From: Eledone cirrhosa | Lineage: Eukaryota | Reading direction: 5' to 3' | DNA length: 64,000 bases | Assembly: GCA_964016885.1 (NCBI GenBank) | Contig: OZ024740.1 | Coordinates: forward strand, 197,718,001 to 197,782,000 | Part shown: one piece after another, positions 11,943 to 24,995 of the stretch | Layout of the letters: each line of letters starts with the position of its first letter | Numbering within the stretch: the first letter of the stretch is position 1 | Notes under the pieces: generated by a model | Seen by the model: the letters and a program-made list of their open reading frames with translations, nothing else | Databases searched by the model: none | Told to the model about the DNA's origin: nothing | Program-made: the position numbers and the translations under genes

Positions 11943-12087
11943 TTACAATTCTTCAAATGGTTAATTTCAAGTATTATGGCATGATGAACAATGGTATTGG
12001 TATTATTTAAACAAGTATTGTAAAGGTTTTCATGTGATACCAGGCACAAATGCCTATCTGTGATGAGTTGATATCTGTATACAACAA

Positions 12088-13660
12088 CTACAACGGTACG
12101 CGATGGGGCCCACCCACAGCCCCGGCGGACAGAATGGAGAAGGCGTTTCCCCGGAGGACGGCAAGGGAGACGCGCTGGAAAAGCCACTCCAACTCGCGGG
12201 GCTCACACCTGCGGCTGGCTAGCTCAGCGCCTATGGTAGCGAGTAAGGAGGTAGCCCTGGGGTCGAGGACACCAAAAGTCTCCACTGCCAGGGGTACGAC
12301 CGCAAACCTGTCGGAGAGCGACCGGTATTTAAGGAGTTTGGCCCCCTCAGTCCGACGTGCAGCAGAACCTGGGTCAGTCGCAGACTGCACCAGGTTGCGC
12401 CTGCAGAAAGTGTCGGTGCAAGTGGCATCCCAGACGCGAGGTTTGCCTCCGCGGAACAGGAAGATGGTCATGACATCTGGCCTTTTGCCGTCCCCTCGAT
12501 CCAGCCCCACCGGCTCGAGCTGGGAAGGGAAGCCTGCAGCGCCCAAGCCATGCTTAATGACCTCGTTGAGGGCAGCATGGCGTGGAATGCGGCCGGCACT
12601 GTGGCGACATGAAAGCGGGTGGAGGCCGAAAGAGTACACGTTGGAACCGCAGCGACATTGGTGTGGCTGGCAGATCCAGAGGCCGAACCTCAGGGAAACG
12701 CCGATGCGCAGGATATGGTTGACTAGCTGCGTGCCAGTGGAGAAGGAGGGCAGGGCATGGAGCCAGGCACCACTGTGGTGTTTGGAAGCCGCACGAAAAC
12801 AAGCAAGGCGGTGCTGGTCGAGCTGGCGCGTGGGCCTGTCAGAGGCCAGGCTGCACTGGATGGCATCCCACGTGCGATGGGGTGACTTGACGTCAACAGG
12901 GGGAGAAGGAGGAGGGACGTCTACTAGGCTAAGTCTCAGCCGGTCCCACGTCTCACAGGCGGCCTCATGTTCTCTGAACACAGAGGGTGCTGTTGTGTTT
13001 TGAAGAACCCTGCTGACGAGGACGCGGCACAAGGTTACGGACGAAAGATACGCCGGCAAAGCTAGTGAGATCGGGGACCGGAGGCTAAGGCCGCCATACC
13101 TGACAGGTAAAGTGGCCTGTTGCCACCCTATGTCGTCAAACTTGACGTTGCATATCTCCTCGGCTGCTGCCCGGATACAAGTATCGAGGTCAGCGAGGAG
13201 AGATGTTTGGGTGTAGCACGGAGCTCTGCGGAGTGTATAGAGGAGCTTCGGCATGGCGAAGCAGTACCTCAGCAGTTCCTCAGCAGTTCCTCAGCAGAAA
13301 GAGAGCTGGGTGGTCGTCAATCAAGCCCACTCGGCTCGTGAGAGTCTGGAGCTGTTGAAGCCTGGACCTGATGGTGGAGCGGATGGCCGGTGGGTGGATC
13401 GGTGACCAGAGGATGAGGACATCCTCTTTGGGGGTCACCTGAACCTGGCAGAGAATGGACCGCACGTCCAAGACGGAGGCTGCAAAGCTCGCAGCATCGA
13501 GGTTGACATTCACCACCTCCGACTTGGCCGAGTTGACCTGGAGCCCGATTCCCGCCAGGGCAGTAACCGATTGAAGGTCATGGCCCGCCCAACGTAGCAT
13601 CATCCAGATACCAAACGTTGAGAGGGGCCGTGCTACTCCGGGCGATGTGGTCAACTGTCA
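12088..13660 (-). mobile_element. CRE-clade non-LTR retrotransposon (RT + restriction-like endonuclease), 5'-truncated and frameshifted
   Basis: NVWYLDDATLGG at ~13585-13620; LPVRYGGLSLRS; SGAWLHALP; CRCG..HPLSC..RHAALNE; KRPD..VWDATC; PLAVETFG; FQRVSLAVLRGNA. GC-rich, with short CAA-rich flanks. Confidence 0.85.
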
Positions 13661-13759
13661 TCAACAATAACACGATGTACACACACAAACGCTTGCATAT
13701 ATATACGTGCAGCATGTACATATACACATACGCACAAACACATATTCATATATATATCG

Positions 13760-13799
<40 letters not shown>

Positions 13800-13800
<1 letters not shown>

Positions 13801-14506
13801 TAGCTAAACTACCCGTCCTTTGGACGGTTCAAGTAGCTTTCGATGGAGCTCATTAAACTGAATACATAGAATACATAGAAGAAAAACGTACTTTATGTAA
13901 ACATGAAAACCTTAGGCACTATTCCAGCGAAATAATTAATATGTGAGCTCGGTGTCTTTTTTTTACAACAGTAAAAGCGCATCATGAAATAGAGAAGTGA
14001 AGTGAATAATAGACACTATTATGTACAAAGCATAATATTGTAAAAGTTATGACATCACTTAATGTATGAACATCAAGCTTGAAACGATAAATTATACAAT
14101 TTCAAATCTATAACTTAACTTAGTAATCTGTTAGAAATTGCTGGTTGTGAAATACAAAATGATATTGTTAGTCTCAAGGAAGCGTACCTTTTGTTTCAAG
14201 TACAAAGAGTAAATTAAAATCCGAATGAGCTGAATTACGAAAGATAACTATTGTCTTACTTAAAGATAACTCTTATCTTACTTAATCACGAAAATTCACA
14301 CAAATAACCGAAAACTTTTTAATGTCTCCAAAGGCCCCAATATCGATTTTTGAAAGCCTTTGTAGATCATGTACAGGTTTTGTGTAAGGAGAAGCTCTGC
14401 AAAAAATTTCAAAGAAATCGCATGAATGGTTTAGAATATATGAGCCCTCATTAAAAATTGTCCACACACACATATACAGAAAACTTCGTCTTTATATATA
14501 TACAGA
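13800..14506 (-). mobile_element. Non-autonomous Helitron
   Basis: Minus strand starts A|TCTGTATATATATAAA and ends with the hairpin CCGTCC-AAA-GGACGG then ...GCTAG|T. AT target, no TSD. Confidence 0.75.
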
Positions 14507-14782
14507 TAAGGTAAAGGTAAAGCCCTCCTTCAGTCACGAATGACCATGGGATTTTCATATAGAAAGTTTCCCTCCGAGGCACAAATCTCCCCGCCTCCGA
14601 TGATTCCCAAGGGAAAAGCAATGGCCGATACAGCTTGGCACCAGTGATGTCGCAACTCATTTCCACAGCTGAGTGAACTGGAGTGACGTGAAATAGATTA
14701 TCTTGCTCAAGAACACAAGGCAAAGTCTGGTCCTAGAATCGAACTGACAACCTCATTATTGTAAGCCCGACACTCTAACTAG
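14507..14782 (-). mobile_element. tRNA-derived SINE, family N, with (TTTACC)n tail
   Basis: Minus strand GTTCGATTC B-box, TTGTGTTCTTGAGCAAGA..TTTCACGT..CTCCAGTTCACTCAGCTG central block, short-repeat tail. Confidence 0.7.
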
Positions 14783-15048
14783 AAAATATTACAGAACACT
14801 ACGTTAATTCTGACTGACAAATTTTCCACCGAAATATTAAGAATAAAAGTCCCCGAATTGTTTCGCGATAGATCTAAAAGAAACATCATTTCCACAAAAG
14901 AATATGAAACTCGGCTGCTGACCTACTCTTATACTGGACACTACAGTAGGAACGCGTTCATTTTAAATCAGATGGTATGGAAACATTGATTGGTTATGTG
15001 CCTTCTCGAGTATAAATCAGAATCTATCGCTAGAGATTTTAATGGTGT

Positions 15049-15345
15049 TTCTTCTTCTTCTTCTTCTTCTTCTTCTTCTTCTTCTTCTTCTTCTTCTTCT
15101 TCTTCTTCTTCTTCTTCTTCTTCTTCTTCTTCTTCTTCTTCTTCTTCTTCTTCTTCTTCTTCTTCTTCTTCTTCTTCTTCTTCTTCTTCTTCTTCTTCTT
15201 CTTCTTGAGAGCGTCGTGGATCCAGAGTCCTCAAACACTCTTTCCAGTGGGTCGGTCCTGTCAGAAGCAACTGTCTCCAACTGATCCGGCTGGATCCCCA
15301 AGCGTGACCAGCCAAGCTCATGGATATTATCCAACCATCTTGGTT
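15049..15345 (-). mobile_element. RTE-clade 3' end with long (GAA)n tail
   Basis: Minus strand WLDNI..LGIQPDQLETVASDRT..W motif directly followed by (GAA)n at 15049-15206. Confidence 0.6.
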
Positions 15346-15629
15346 TAAGTGTATATTTCTAATATAAGTTTATATAATTTTGCTTTTAGATATATTAATG
15401 CAGTCACATTCCATGTAAATGTATTGCAGATTCTACTATAGGAAAGTAATTCAAACGATTTTAATGTAGGTTGCTTAGTTTGATATTCTTGAAAATTATG
15501 GCAGAAAGAAACCTTGTGTCTTTTCCATTAGTCTCCACCTCATTAAATAGTTACAGATATACATCCCTGTATTTTAGTTTATTAAATATAAATAAACTCT
15601 AAGTAGCCTACGTTGAAGAAATATATTAG

Positions 15630-16620
15630 TTTAACGTTTGAAATAGAAGGAAAAGAGTCTTAACGTTTCATCAGAAGATAATAGAGTTAAAAATAAAAAA
15701 TAAATACAAAGAAAAAGACTGAGAAGAGGAAGGAATGGGAAAGAATGAGAAAAAATGGGAAATATATATATATATATATATAGATAATTTAATATATCTA
15801 CTAACATAAGCGCACAGATGTACGCTAATGCCAGCAAATACACAGGTTATGTCATAGTACCTAGGTGGTTCAATGCAGGAGGATGCAGAACAATAATATA
15901 AAAGACGTAACATAAGAAAATTAAAAAAAAAAAAAAAATTAACTCACTTACTTAAATTTTCACTCCAACTAATTAGTTTCTGCAATGGGATAAAGACAGT
16001 TACGTAATGAACTGTTGAGAATTTCATTGCGTCATCAGGGAGGTCTATTCTCAGCCAAGTCTCCAGGCAATGCGCGGACACTGGGGACTCATATAAAAAT
16101 AATAATAATTCGGTAAATGGAACAGCTATCGGGGACTGGATTCCAAGCACTGAAAATTCTCGCTGCCACTGGTCAAATGGCCGATTCTAAAGAATCAATC
16201 ACGTGACACTGAGGCTAGTCGGTAGGAGTGGGATGGTAAGATGACAGACGCCTACTAACACCCCAAAAAAAATTTAGTAGTGGTTTTGGCAGGTTTGCTC
16301 GACAAATCAGTGATTTGGAGATAAATATAGATAATTTAATATATTTACTAACATAAGCGCACAGGTGTACGCTAATGCCAGCAAATACACAGGTTATGTC
16401 ATAGTACCTAGGTGGTTCAATGCAGGAGGATGCAGAACAATAATATAAAAGACGTAACATAAGAAAATTTAAAAAAAAAATAAAAAAAAATTAACTTACT
16501 TACGTAACTGTCTTTATCCCATTGCAGAAACTAATTAGTTGGAGTGAAAATTTAAGTAAGTAAGTTAATTTAAAAAATTTTTTTTTTTTAAATTTTCTTA
16601 TGTTACGTCTTTTATATTAT
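15630..16620 (-). mobile_element. ORF-less PLE-like unit with direct and inverted partial terminal repeats
   Basis: ~15780-15950 is repeated directly at ~16328-16503. 16501-16620 is an inverted copy of ~15893-16006. Collapsed hammerhead-like motif at ~15655-15678. TA-tract flank. Confidence 0.55.
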
Positions 16621-16758
16621 ATATATATATATATTGTAGGTTATTCAGTAAGTTTGTTGATTACTCAGATGAGAAGATCGATGGTGTCAAATCTATCACA
16701 TCGATAATGACATCGAGTGCAATAAAATATTTTAAAGCGAAACTTTGTTACCTTATAC

Positions 16759-16811
<53 letters not shown>

Positions 16812-16813
<2 letters not shown>

Positions 16814-17010
16814 CAAAGAGGGTGTGGTAAGATACCAGGTGGACGATAATGTACCAGAGTAAACGATACTTGAGGTAGTAGAGTGGGTAATATGAAGATT
16901 CAGGGCCCCGACGGCTGCGGTCCGGCAGTTTCGACAGCTAGATCCGAACTCGGATCTAGCTGTCGAAACAGCCGGAGCTCAGCCGTCGAGGTCCTGAATC
17001 TTTTCATATA
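16812..17010 (-). repeat. Short TA-flanked element with terminal fold-back, homologous to 43082-43282
   Basis: GTGTGGTAAG..GGTAGTAGAGTGGGTAAT matches the reverse complement of 43203-43282. Hairpin at 16890-17010. Confidence 0.7.
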
Positions 17011-17023
17011 TATATATATACAC

Positions 17024-17124
<101 letters not shown>

Positions 17125-17562
17125 TATATATATATATCATATATATATATATATCATATATATATATATATATATGGCTGTTGACTCTGCCGGTGACCTC
17201 TGCCCTTTGGCGGAGGAAGTCAGCAGACTCAACGGCCATCCAAATAGTAGTTTTTCTTTTTTCACCTGGGAGTGAAAGGTCCCCAGTTGTTGTCAGAACT
17301 CCTTTCTAGGAGAGGGAAACTCTGATAAAAATCCTGTGACTTCGGAAACATCCGATCACGATGACCAGTTCTCCTTTCTGATGCTCAGAGAGTGGGATTG
17401 GTCGAGTGCAAGACCTTTCCCCGCTTAAAAAGCCTCCAAAGCACAGGCATTGCTTGTGCAGTATATGTTACAGGTTCGTATGGTTGGTGGTAGCCTAAAA
17501 GTGCACCAAACTCTATAATCTGACAAGCTATTGCAATACTCTTAGCAGAGTTTGCAGACATC

Positions 17563-17638
<76 letters not shown>

Positions 17639-17642
<4 letters not shown>

Positions 17643-18132
17643 TGGTAAACGGAATAGAAAATGCTGACAAATTGTTCACAGTTGAAAAATGGTTTAATTA
17701 GGAATAAAAGAGTATTAGTGATTGTATGGGTTAGCATTCAGTTGTGGTTTTAAGTTTTTAAGTTTTTACCGGTTGCGCATTTCTAAATGCTTTTCAAAAA
17801 TAATTTTGAGATAGAGTGTCCGTGCTGTTTGCTCTGATCTGATTAGTTTTGGGAATTCTACCTGTTTTTATGTTAAAAAAGTGGCTCCAGCGTTATTTTT
17901 GTGTTGCAAAAATGCTTGTGGTCAAAACAATTTTGATTGGTCGGTAGAGGTCATGTGAATGTAAAAAGTTGATTTTGCGCCAAGACTGTTTTTATGTTAA
18001 AAAAGTGGCTCCAGCAAAAATTCTTGGTCAAAACAATTTTGATTGGTCGGTAGAGGTCATGTGGATAAACAATTGGTTTTGCGCCAAGATTGAGAAATGA
18101 CTCTTTCACAACAAATATGTGTGTGTGTGTGT

Positions 18133-18218
<86 letters not shown>

Positions 18219-18923
18219 GTGTGTGTGTGTGTGTGTAGTAGTAGTAGTAGTAAAATACGGGAATACAGGAAAATACCACCGAGTGAACACATTGACACCT
18301 CTGCCGCCCAAAATTATCCCAACTTCAGAATCTTTCCCCTGTACAAATTTAAAGATAATGCCACCCACGCCCAGCGCATCAGCAAGGAATCTTACTTCAT
18401 TAACAAATACGGACCCCGTCTAAACACTTCTCCCTAAGACGAACCCACAACATACACACATCAACATACATACCTACATCAGCACACATCTCTACCCACA
18501 TATAAACACAATGACACACGTAAACACACATGCTCTATGGTGCAATACAAAAAAATATATGTGCATATATATGTATGTATATATGTAGTGATTATGTGTA
18601 TGTGTATATATATATAGTGAATATCATTTCACACCTTTTATTGTTAAGATTTTTGATGTTCTATTAAGAGAACCGATTTTACTGAAAAAATCGAATAATG
18701 TACACCATTTTACCAGGGGAAAAAAAATACTGGTCCCCCCCCCCCCCCCCCCCACACATATATACACAAACACATACACACGCGTACATCAACATACAAA
18801 GAGACTTATACACACACACACACTTCTCCGTATAAGACAAAAGCTGAAAAATATCTTTTGACATGCTAAAATACCCCCCCACTGCTTTCAGACACATTCT
18901 TACTGACCATCGAATTACTCTGC

Positions 18924-19015
<92 letters not shown>

Positions 19016-19185
19016 CACACACACATACACACGCGTACATCAACATACAAAGAGACTTATATATACACACGCACTTCTCCGTATAAGACAAAAGCTGAAA
19101 AATATCTTTTGACATGCTAAAATACCCCCCACTGCTTTCAGACACATTCTTACTGACCATCGAATTACTCTGCTATACACACACA

Positions 19186-19220
<35 letters not shown>

Positions 19221-19293
19221 TTATCTTAATAGCCATTTGACACACATCGCTGCTGGCCATTGTCGCAGCATCGAACACCTTACTACTACTACT

Positions 19294-19349
<56 letters not shown>

Positions 19350-19875
19350 ACACACACACACACATATTTGTTGTGAAAGAGTCATTTCTCAATCTTGGCG
19401 CAAAACCAATTGTTTATCCACATGACCTCTACCGACCAATCAAAATTGTTTTGACCAAGAATTTTTGCTGGAGCCACTTTTTTAACATAAAAACAGTCTT
19501 GGCGCAAAATCAACTTTTTACATTGACATGACCTCTACCGACCAATCAAAATTGTTTTGACCACAAGCATTTTTGCAACACAAAAATAACGCTGGAGCCA
19601 CTTTTTTAACATAAAAACAGGTAGAATTCCCCAAACTAATCAGATCAGAGCAAACAGCACGGACACTCTATCTCAAAATTATTTTTGAAAAGCATTTAGA
19701 AATGCGCAACCGGTAAAAACTTAAAAACTTAAAACCACAACTGAATACTAACCCATACAATCACTAATACTCTTTTATTCCTAATTAAACCATTTTTCAA
19801 CTGTGAACAATTTGTCAGCATTTTCTATTCCGTTTACCAATATATAATAACTTGTGTGTTACACCTCTATTCTTT

Positions 19876-19880
<5 letters not shown>
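17639..19880 (+). mobile_element. Neptune-type family 1 PLE, severely 5'-truncated, with inverted 5' arm
   Basis: 18252-18437 encodes [26 protein letters not shown], near-identical to the end of ORF 56570..58012. 17639-18252 is the reverse complement of ~19280-19843. (TA)n flanks. Confidence 0.9.
19682..19718 (+). ncRNA. Variant hammerhead-like motif (TTGAAAA core, GCAA); also at ~17764-17800(-), ~55229-55263(-), ~55508-55543(-), 59131-59167(+)
   Basis: TTT-TTGAAAA-GCATTT-AG-AAATGC-GCAA-CCGG-TA-AAA. Confidence 0.55.
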
Positions 19881-19962
<82 letters not shown>

Positions 19963-20112
19963 AGTTAAAGAAAACGACAAAAAAGAGAAAGGAAGTTCGA
20001 CTTGTCAGGCTTTAGCCCTTCTTCAGGATTATAAAAAATAGAGGCAGGATCACAAAGGATAGAAAACAATACAGAAAATAAAAGGCAGACTGTAGTAAAA
20101 TAACACACATAT

Positions 20113-20322
20113 ATATAATTGTTTCTACTTTTGGCACAAGGCCAGCAATTATCCCAGTACATTATTGGTACTTTATTTTATCGACCCCGTAAGGATGAAA
20201 GGCAAAATTAACCTCGGCGGGAATTGAACTCAGATCGTAAAGGGACGTAACTATGCTGGAAAGCATGTCCGACCCTCTAACGATACTGCCAATTCTCCGC
20301 CCTTACATATATATAATACTGC
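20113..20322 (-). mobile_element. SINE family M, full length
   Basis: Reverse complement of the head, central domain and tail seen at 31084-31267. Confidence 0.88.
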
Positions 20323-20374
20323 CAATTCCCCGCCCACACATATATATAATGTAGGTTAGTAGAGTATATATATT

Positions 20375-20685
20375 ATGTGGTGAGTGTATTCGACTCACAA
20401 TCGTAAAGTCGTGAATTCGTTTTCCGGCGGCACGTTGTGTCCTTGAGTAAGGCACTTTATTTCACGTTGCTCCAGTCAACTCAGTTGGCAAAAAAGGAGG
20501 TGTACTTGTAATTCGAAGGGCCAGCGTTGTCATATTCTGTGTCACGTTGAATCTCCCTGAGAACTACGTTAAGGGTACGCGTATCTGTGGAATGCTCAGC
20601 CACTTGCACGTTAATTTCACGAGCAGCCTATTCCGTTGATTGGATCAACTGGAACACTCATCGTCGTAACCAACGGAGCACCAGA
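20375..20685 (+). mobile_element. tRNA-derived SINE family N (related degenerate copies ~21490-21950 +, ~33700-34010 -, ~35285-35485 +)
   Basis: tRNA-like head, then TTGTGTCCTTGAGTAAGGCACTTTATTTCACGTTGCTCCAG and a shared body (..CCCTGAGAACTACGTTAAG..CTCAGCCACTTGCAC). Confidence 0.75.
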
Positions 20686-21021
20686 TATATGTATATATTA
20701 TATGGATGGAAGAAGCCTGAACGGAATTGAACCAACGACTTCATGATCATGAACCCAACACCTGATATAACAATTATTTACAAAAGAAATATATTAATAA
20801 TATATTTAAATGTGTCAGTTTATACAATATAGATATATCACTTCGATAACTGATAGTTATTTCGGTTGCATGACGGCATTGGTCTCTATTGACAGCAGCG
20901 AATGATAAATAATAAATGAGGTATGTGAATATAACACACGCACACACACGTACACACACACGTACACACACACGATACTCATACATACATAAACACACTT
21001 ACACACACATATCCCTATTTG

Positions 21022-21063
<42 letters not shown>

Positions 21064-21190
21064 GATTCACAGGAAAACAGGCACATACTCAATACGAATA
21101 TACATACACACAAAAGCACACTCGCACATGTATGCATATATTACATACAGATATACATATGAGTATGTATGTATTACTTAAGTATGTATG

Positions 21191-21275
<85 letters not shown>

Positions 21276-22698
21276 ATATTTGTGTAGGTATGTATGTGTG
21301 TGTTTGTTTGTATGTGTGTGTAAAGGTCAGTAAATATGTAACGGGAATGTGCGTATTTCTGGGAAATAACATTTGTCTTAGTTACTGCAATAAGAAATAT
21401 TTCCAAAAATACATTAACCCTCTCTCGTGATATTTTCAAGTTTTCTCATAAATTGAGTTGTATTCTTTAACACTGTAGCGTTAGTAAAGACATATGGTCT
21501 AGTGGTAGGGTGTTCTACTCGTGGTAGCATGTTAAGTTCTTGAACAAGACACTCTATTTTACGTTGTTCCAGTGCACTCAGATGGAAAAATAAGAATTGT
21601 ATCTATAATTCAAAGGACCTGTTTTGTCTTACACTGAATCTTCACGAGAATTTCCTTAAGGGCCCATGTGTCTGTGAAATATCCAGCCTCTTGTACTATA
21701 ACAGAAGATAGACTGTACAGGTAATTCAAAGGTCCAGCTTTGCCTTACACTGTATCACGTTGAATACCAAGGTACATGTGAATGGGAAGTACACACTATA
21801 ATAAAAGATGGGTTGTACATGTAATGAGAAGGAGCAACCTTGTCCTATATTGTGTGACACTGAATCTCTTTGAGATATATGTTAAGAGTACATCTTTATG
21901 TGGAATACTCAGCCACTTGCACATTCGTCATTGTAACCGACGCTGATCCAACACACAAATTGCATCAAAATGGTATCAAAATTGCATCAAAATCCTACGC
22001 TTTCATTGATATTTATTCATTATCAAGGTATATCTCGTTCCTATAACACAATGTTCTTGTTCTACCTCTTTCATTGTCATATTTCTAATGAAAGGCACTG
22101 TTTCTGATTTCGAAACCATTAAAAAAATAATGATTTCTACTATAGTACAAGGCTAACAATTTTTGTGGGGAAAGCGGAAAATCGATTAAATCGACCCCAA
22201 TGTGTTACTGGTACTTTATTTTATCGATCTCGTAAGGATGAAAGGTAAAACTAATCTCAACGGGATTTGATCTCAGGACATAAAGGGCGGTAACTCTATG
22301 CTGCAAAGCATAATGTCTGACACTTTAACGTCTGACACTACTAACATATTTTTGAGAGATAGAGAATTATAACTAAATTTCTCACTATTAAGTTTGTTTG
22401 GAACATATCTTAAAAAGAATTTCTTTTTTTTAAGTACAATCATCACAAAAAGTTTTTAGATAAATATAAACACTTTGAAACAAACACTTCTGCATCGTAA
22501 AATCAGGTCTCGTTTCAGTGAGTTTGGTATCAAAAAGGTTAAATACATAAAGTTGATTTCGCTCTCCTGTCCAGTGTAATTAGATGCGCTGTGCTACTGA
22601 TCATTAGCTGCCAAACTAGAAACACCTTTGACATTTTCACATAGAACCTATTATTCGACATCACGTGTGTATACTATTGTATTATAGATATCAACAAC

Positions 22699-22804
<106 letters not shown>

Positions 22805-23030
22805 CTCTTTATTAGACGTGTGTAACTTCGCGGAGAAGTTTCCGTTAATTTATGTAAGAAAAAAACGTGAGTTTTCAATTAAATTTTATATTATTGTGTA
22901 ACTTGACCTTCAGGTGGTGGGTCTTCAGGTGGTGGGTCAACTCATTTTCGCCCCTACAGGGGCGAAATATTCGTTTGAAATTTTTTTCTCCATCGAATTT
23001 TTGAAAAAAAAATATAAGATTGATTACGTT

Positions 23031-24962
23031 ATGTACGCTGCGTTCAACGATAATGGTGGTGGAGAGTCGGTAAGACTACAGAGCTCGCAGTCAACATCGT
23101 CTTCTTCCCTTTCCTTCTCAATAGATACTATAGAGATGGAAAGACGAATAGAAAATGTAAAAACAAATTCATATCCAAACAACACAAATGACACCAAACA
23201 GTTCAATGACAACAAAAATAACAGCAACACCAATAATGATGATAAAAACAACAATGATAACAACAACAAAGAAAAAAATAAAGACAACACCAATAACACC
23301 AGCATCAAAGACAACAACAACACCAACACCAACACCAAGGAAAATACGAATAATATCAACATCGGTGACAACAAGAATAACAACAACAATAACAACAATA
23401 ATGACAACACCACCAACACGGATAATTCCACAAAGAAACCAAAAATCTCCTTTGCACAGACAGTTCAGAAAAAGGAGGAACTGAGATATCTCGACATAAC
23501 AAATGCCCAACAACTTTTAAAGGACGCTAGGAGATATGTCACTTTCGAAAAAATGGTGCTTTCAGCATCAATTCTCCGGTAGAAATTCGCAAGGAAACTG
23601 CTCTCAAAACGATAGTTTTAGGACAGTTTCCAATTCTACCCGAAAACCAGTCCAATTGTCACAGAAAGAAATTGAACTGGTTTTCAAAAATTCAATGAAT
23701 GATATTGCATTCATTCAAAGAAGCAAACTTTTTGGGAGTATTTCGGTACTCATGAAGGATCAATTGACGGCCCAAAATTACTCTGTGTCGCCAATTGTAT
23801 CCAACCTGTACACCTTTTTCCCTATATACATGGGAAAAAGGACACAAAAGATCAAAATCACGAGTGTCACACCAAAGGTGAACATATGGTGGATACTGTG
23901 CGGCTTCATCAATTTTGATGAAGACAGAATACTGTCAGTAGGAAAGTCCCCCAGAGATGTATTCAATGGGACTAGCATTGAAGTTCTGGTGCAAGAGCGA
24001 ATAGCTATGATCCCACAACGTGTACTCCTGGACGGACTCACCTACATAAACTTTTCGGTTGAGGGTAGGCGGCCTTCATGTTACCATTGCTTTAGCAGGG
24101 GTCACCTGAGGGCTTCCTGTCCTAAATTAATGAATAAAAAAAGGCTCTTCTGCCGACACCCATCAAAACAACACAACCACCAACACCACCACAACAACAA
24201 CAACACCAACACACAAAAATAACCACAACAAACACAGTTCCACCCAACCCCACTCCACCTAAAACCACTGCAAAATCACATACAGACACAACAGCTCCCC
24301 AAGACATACCCCTCCCCAATCACACAGACGATACAACAGATGAGGCTATCTCGCCATCACCCAGTGAAGACGAGGGAGAACCCCATCGCTCGAAAAGAAA
24401 GAAAAGACATCACAAAAGCAAAAAACCAGCAAACACTACCACAAACATACAACCACCAACACAAACAACGAAAACATCACAAACAAAACCCCCACCTCCT
24501 GAAAACAAAATACCTACAACAAAACGAAAGCACACACAAGAACTACAGACAAAAACAAACACAACACAAGAAAATTACACTTACACTTACATAAACACTG
24601 AAAACAAAACACTAATGGAGACCATCACGAACGACCCTTCGGTGAAAACCGAAGGGAAAACTTTCGCCCACTCTATTAAAAATAACAAAAAACTGAACCT
24701 AAAACTGATTAGGGTCCCTATACAAACTTATAGGTCCCTAAAAGAAATATTTGAGAAGGATGTGGGGAATTCCTGCGTGAAACCACTTAACCGCGTCCTT
24801 CTCAAATGTCTCCCCACCCCAGACACCCCCATCCCACAAGACCCCACCCCACCAAACATCTCCGTCCCCACCCTGCCGGAAACCACCACCCATCCAGACA
24901 ACTTCTCCAACACCCCCATGGAAATCGTGCAGCCTAGTCCCCAGGAGACGAAGGGTGAGTGA
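23031..24962 (+). pseudogene. Tx1 ORF1 (gag-like), frameshifted
   Basis: Asn-rich N-terminus, KISFAQTVQ, CYHCFSRGHLRASCP (CX2CX4HX4C) and a Thr/Pro-rich tail, spread over several frames. Confidence 0.8.
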
Positions 24963-24995
24963 TCTCTTTTCCTCTTTTAACTTTTCAGCACCAAC

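Noticed and set aside
12050-13003. 317-aa plus-strand ORF
   Set aside because: Antisense shadow of the GC-rich CRE ORF; no independent motifs.
16015-16045. Minus-strand CTGATGA-CGCAAT-GAAA
   Set aside because: No usable stem I, II or III; not called as a hammerhead.
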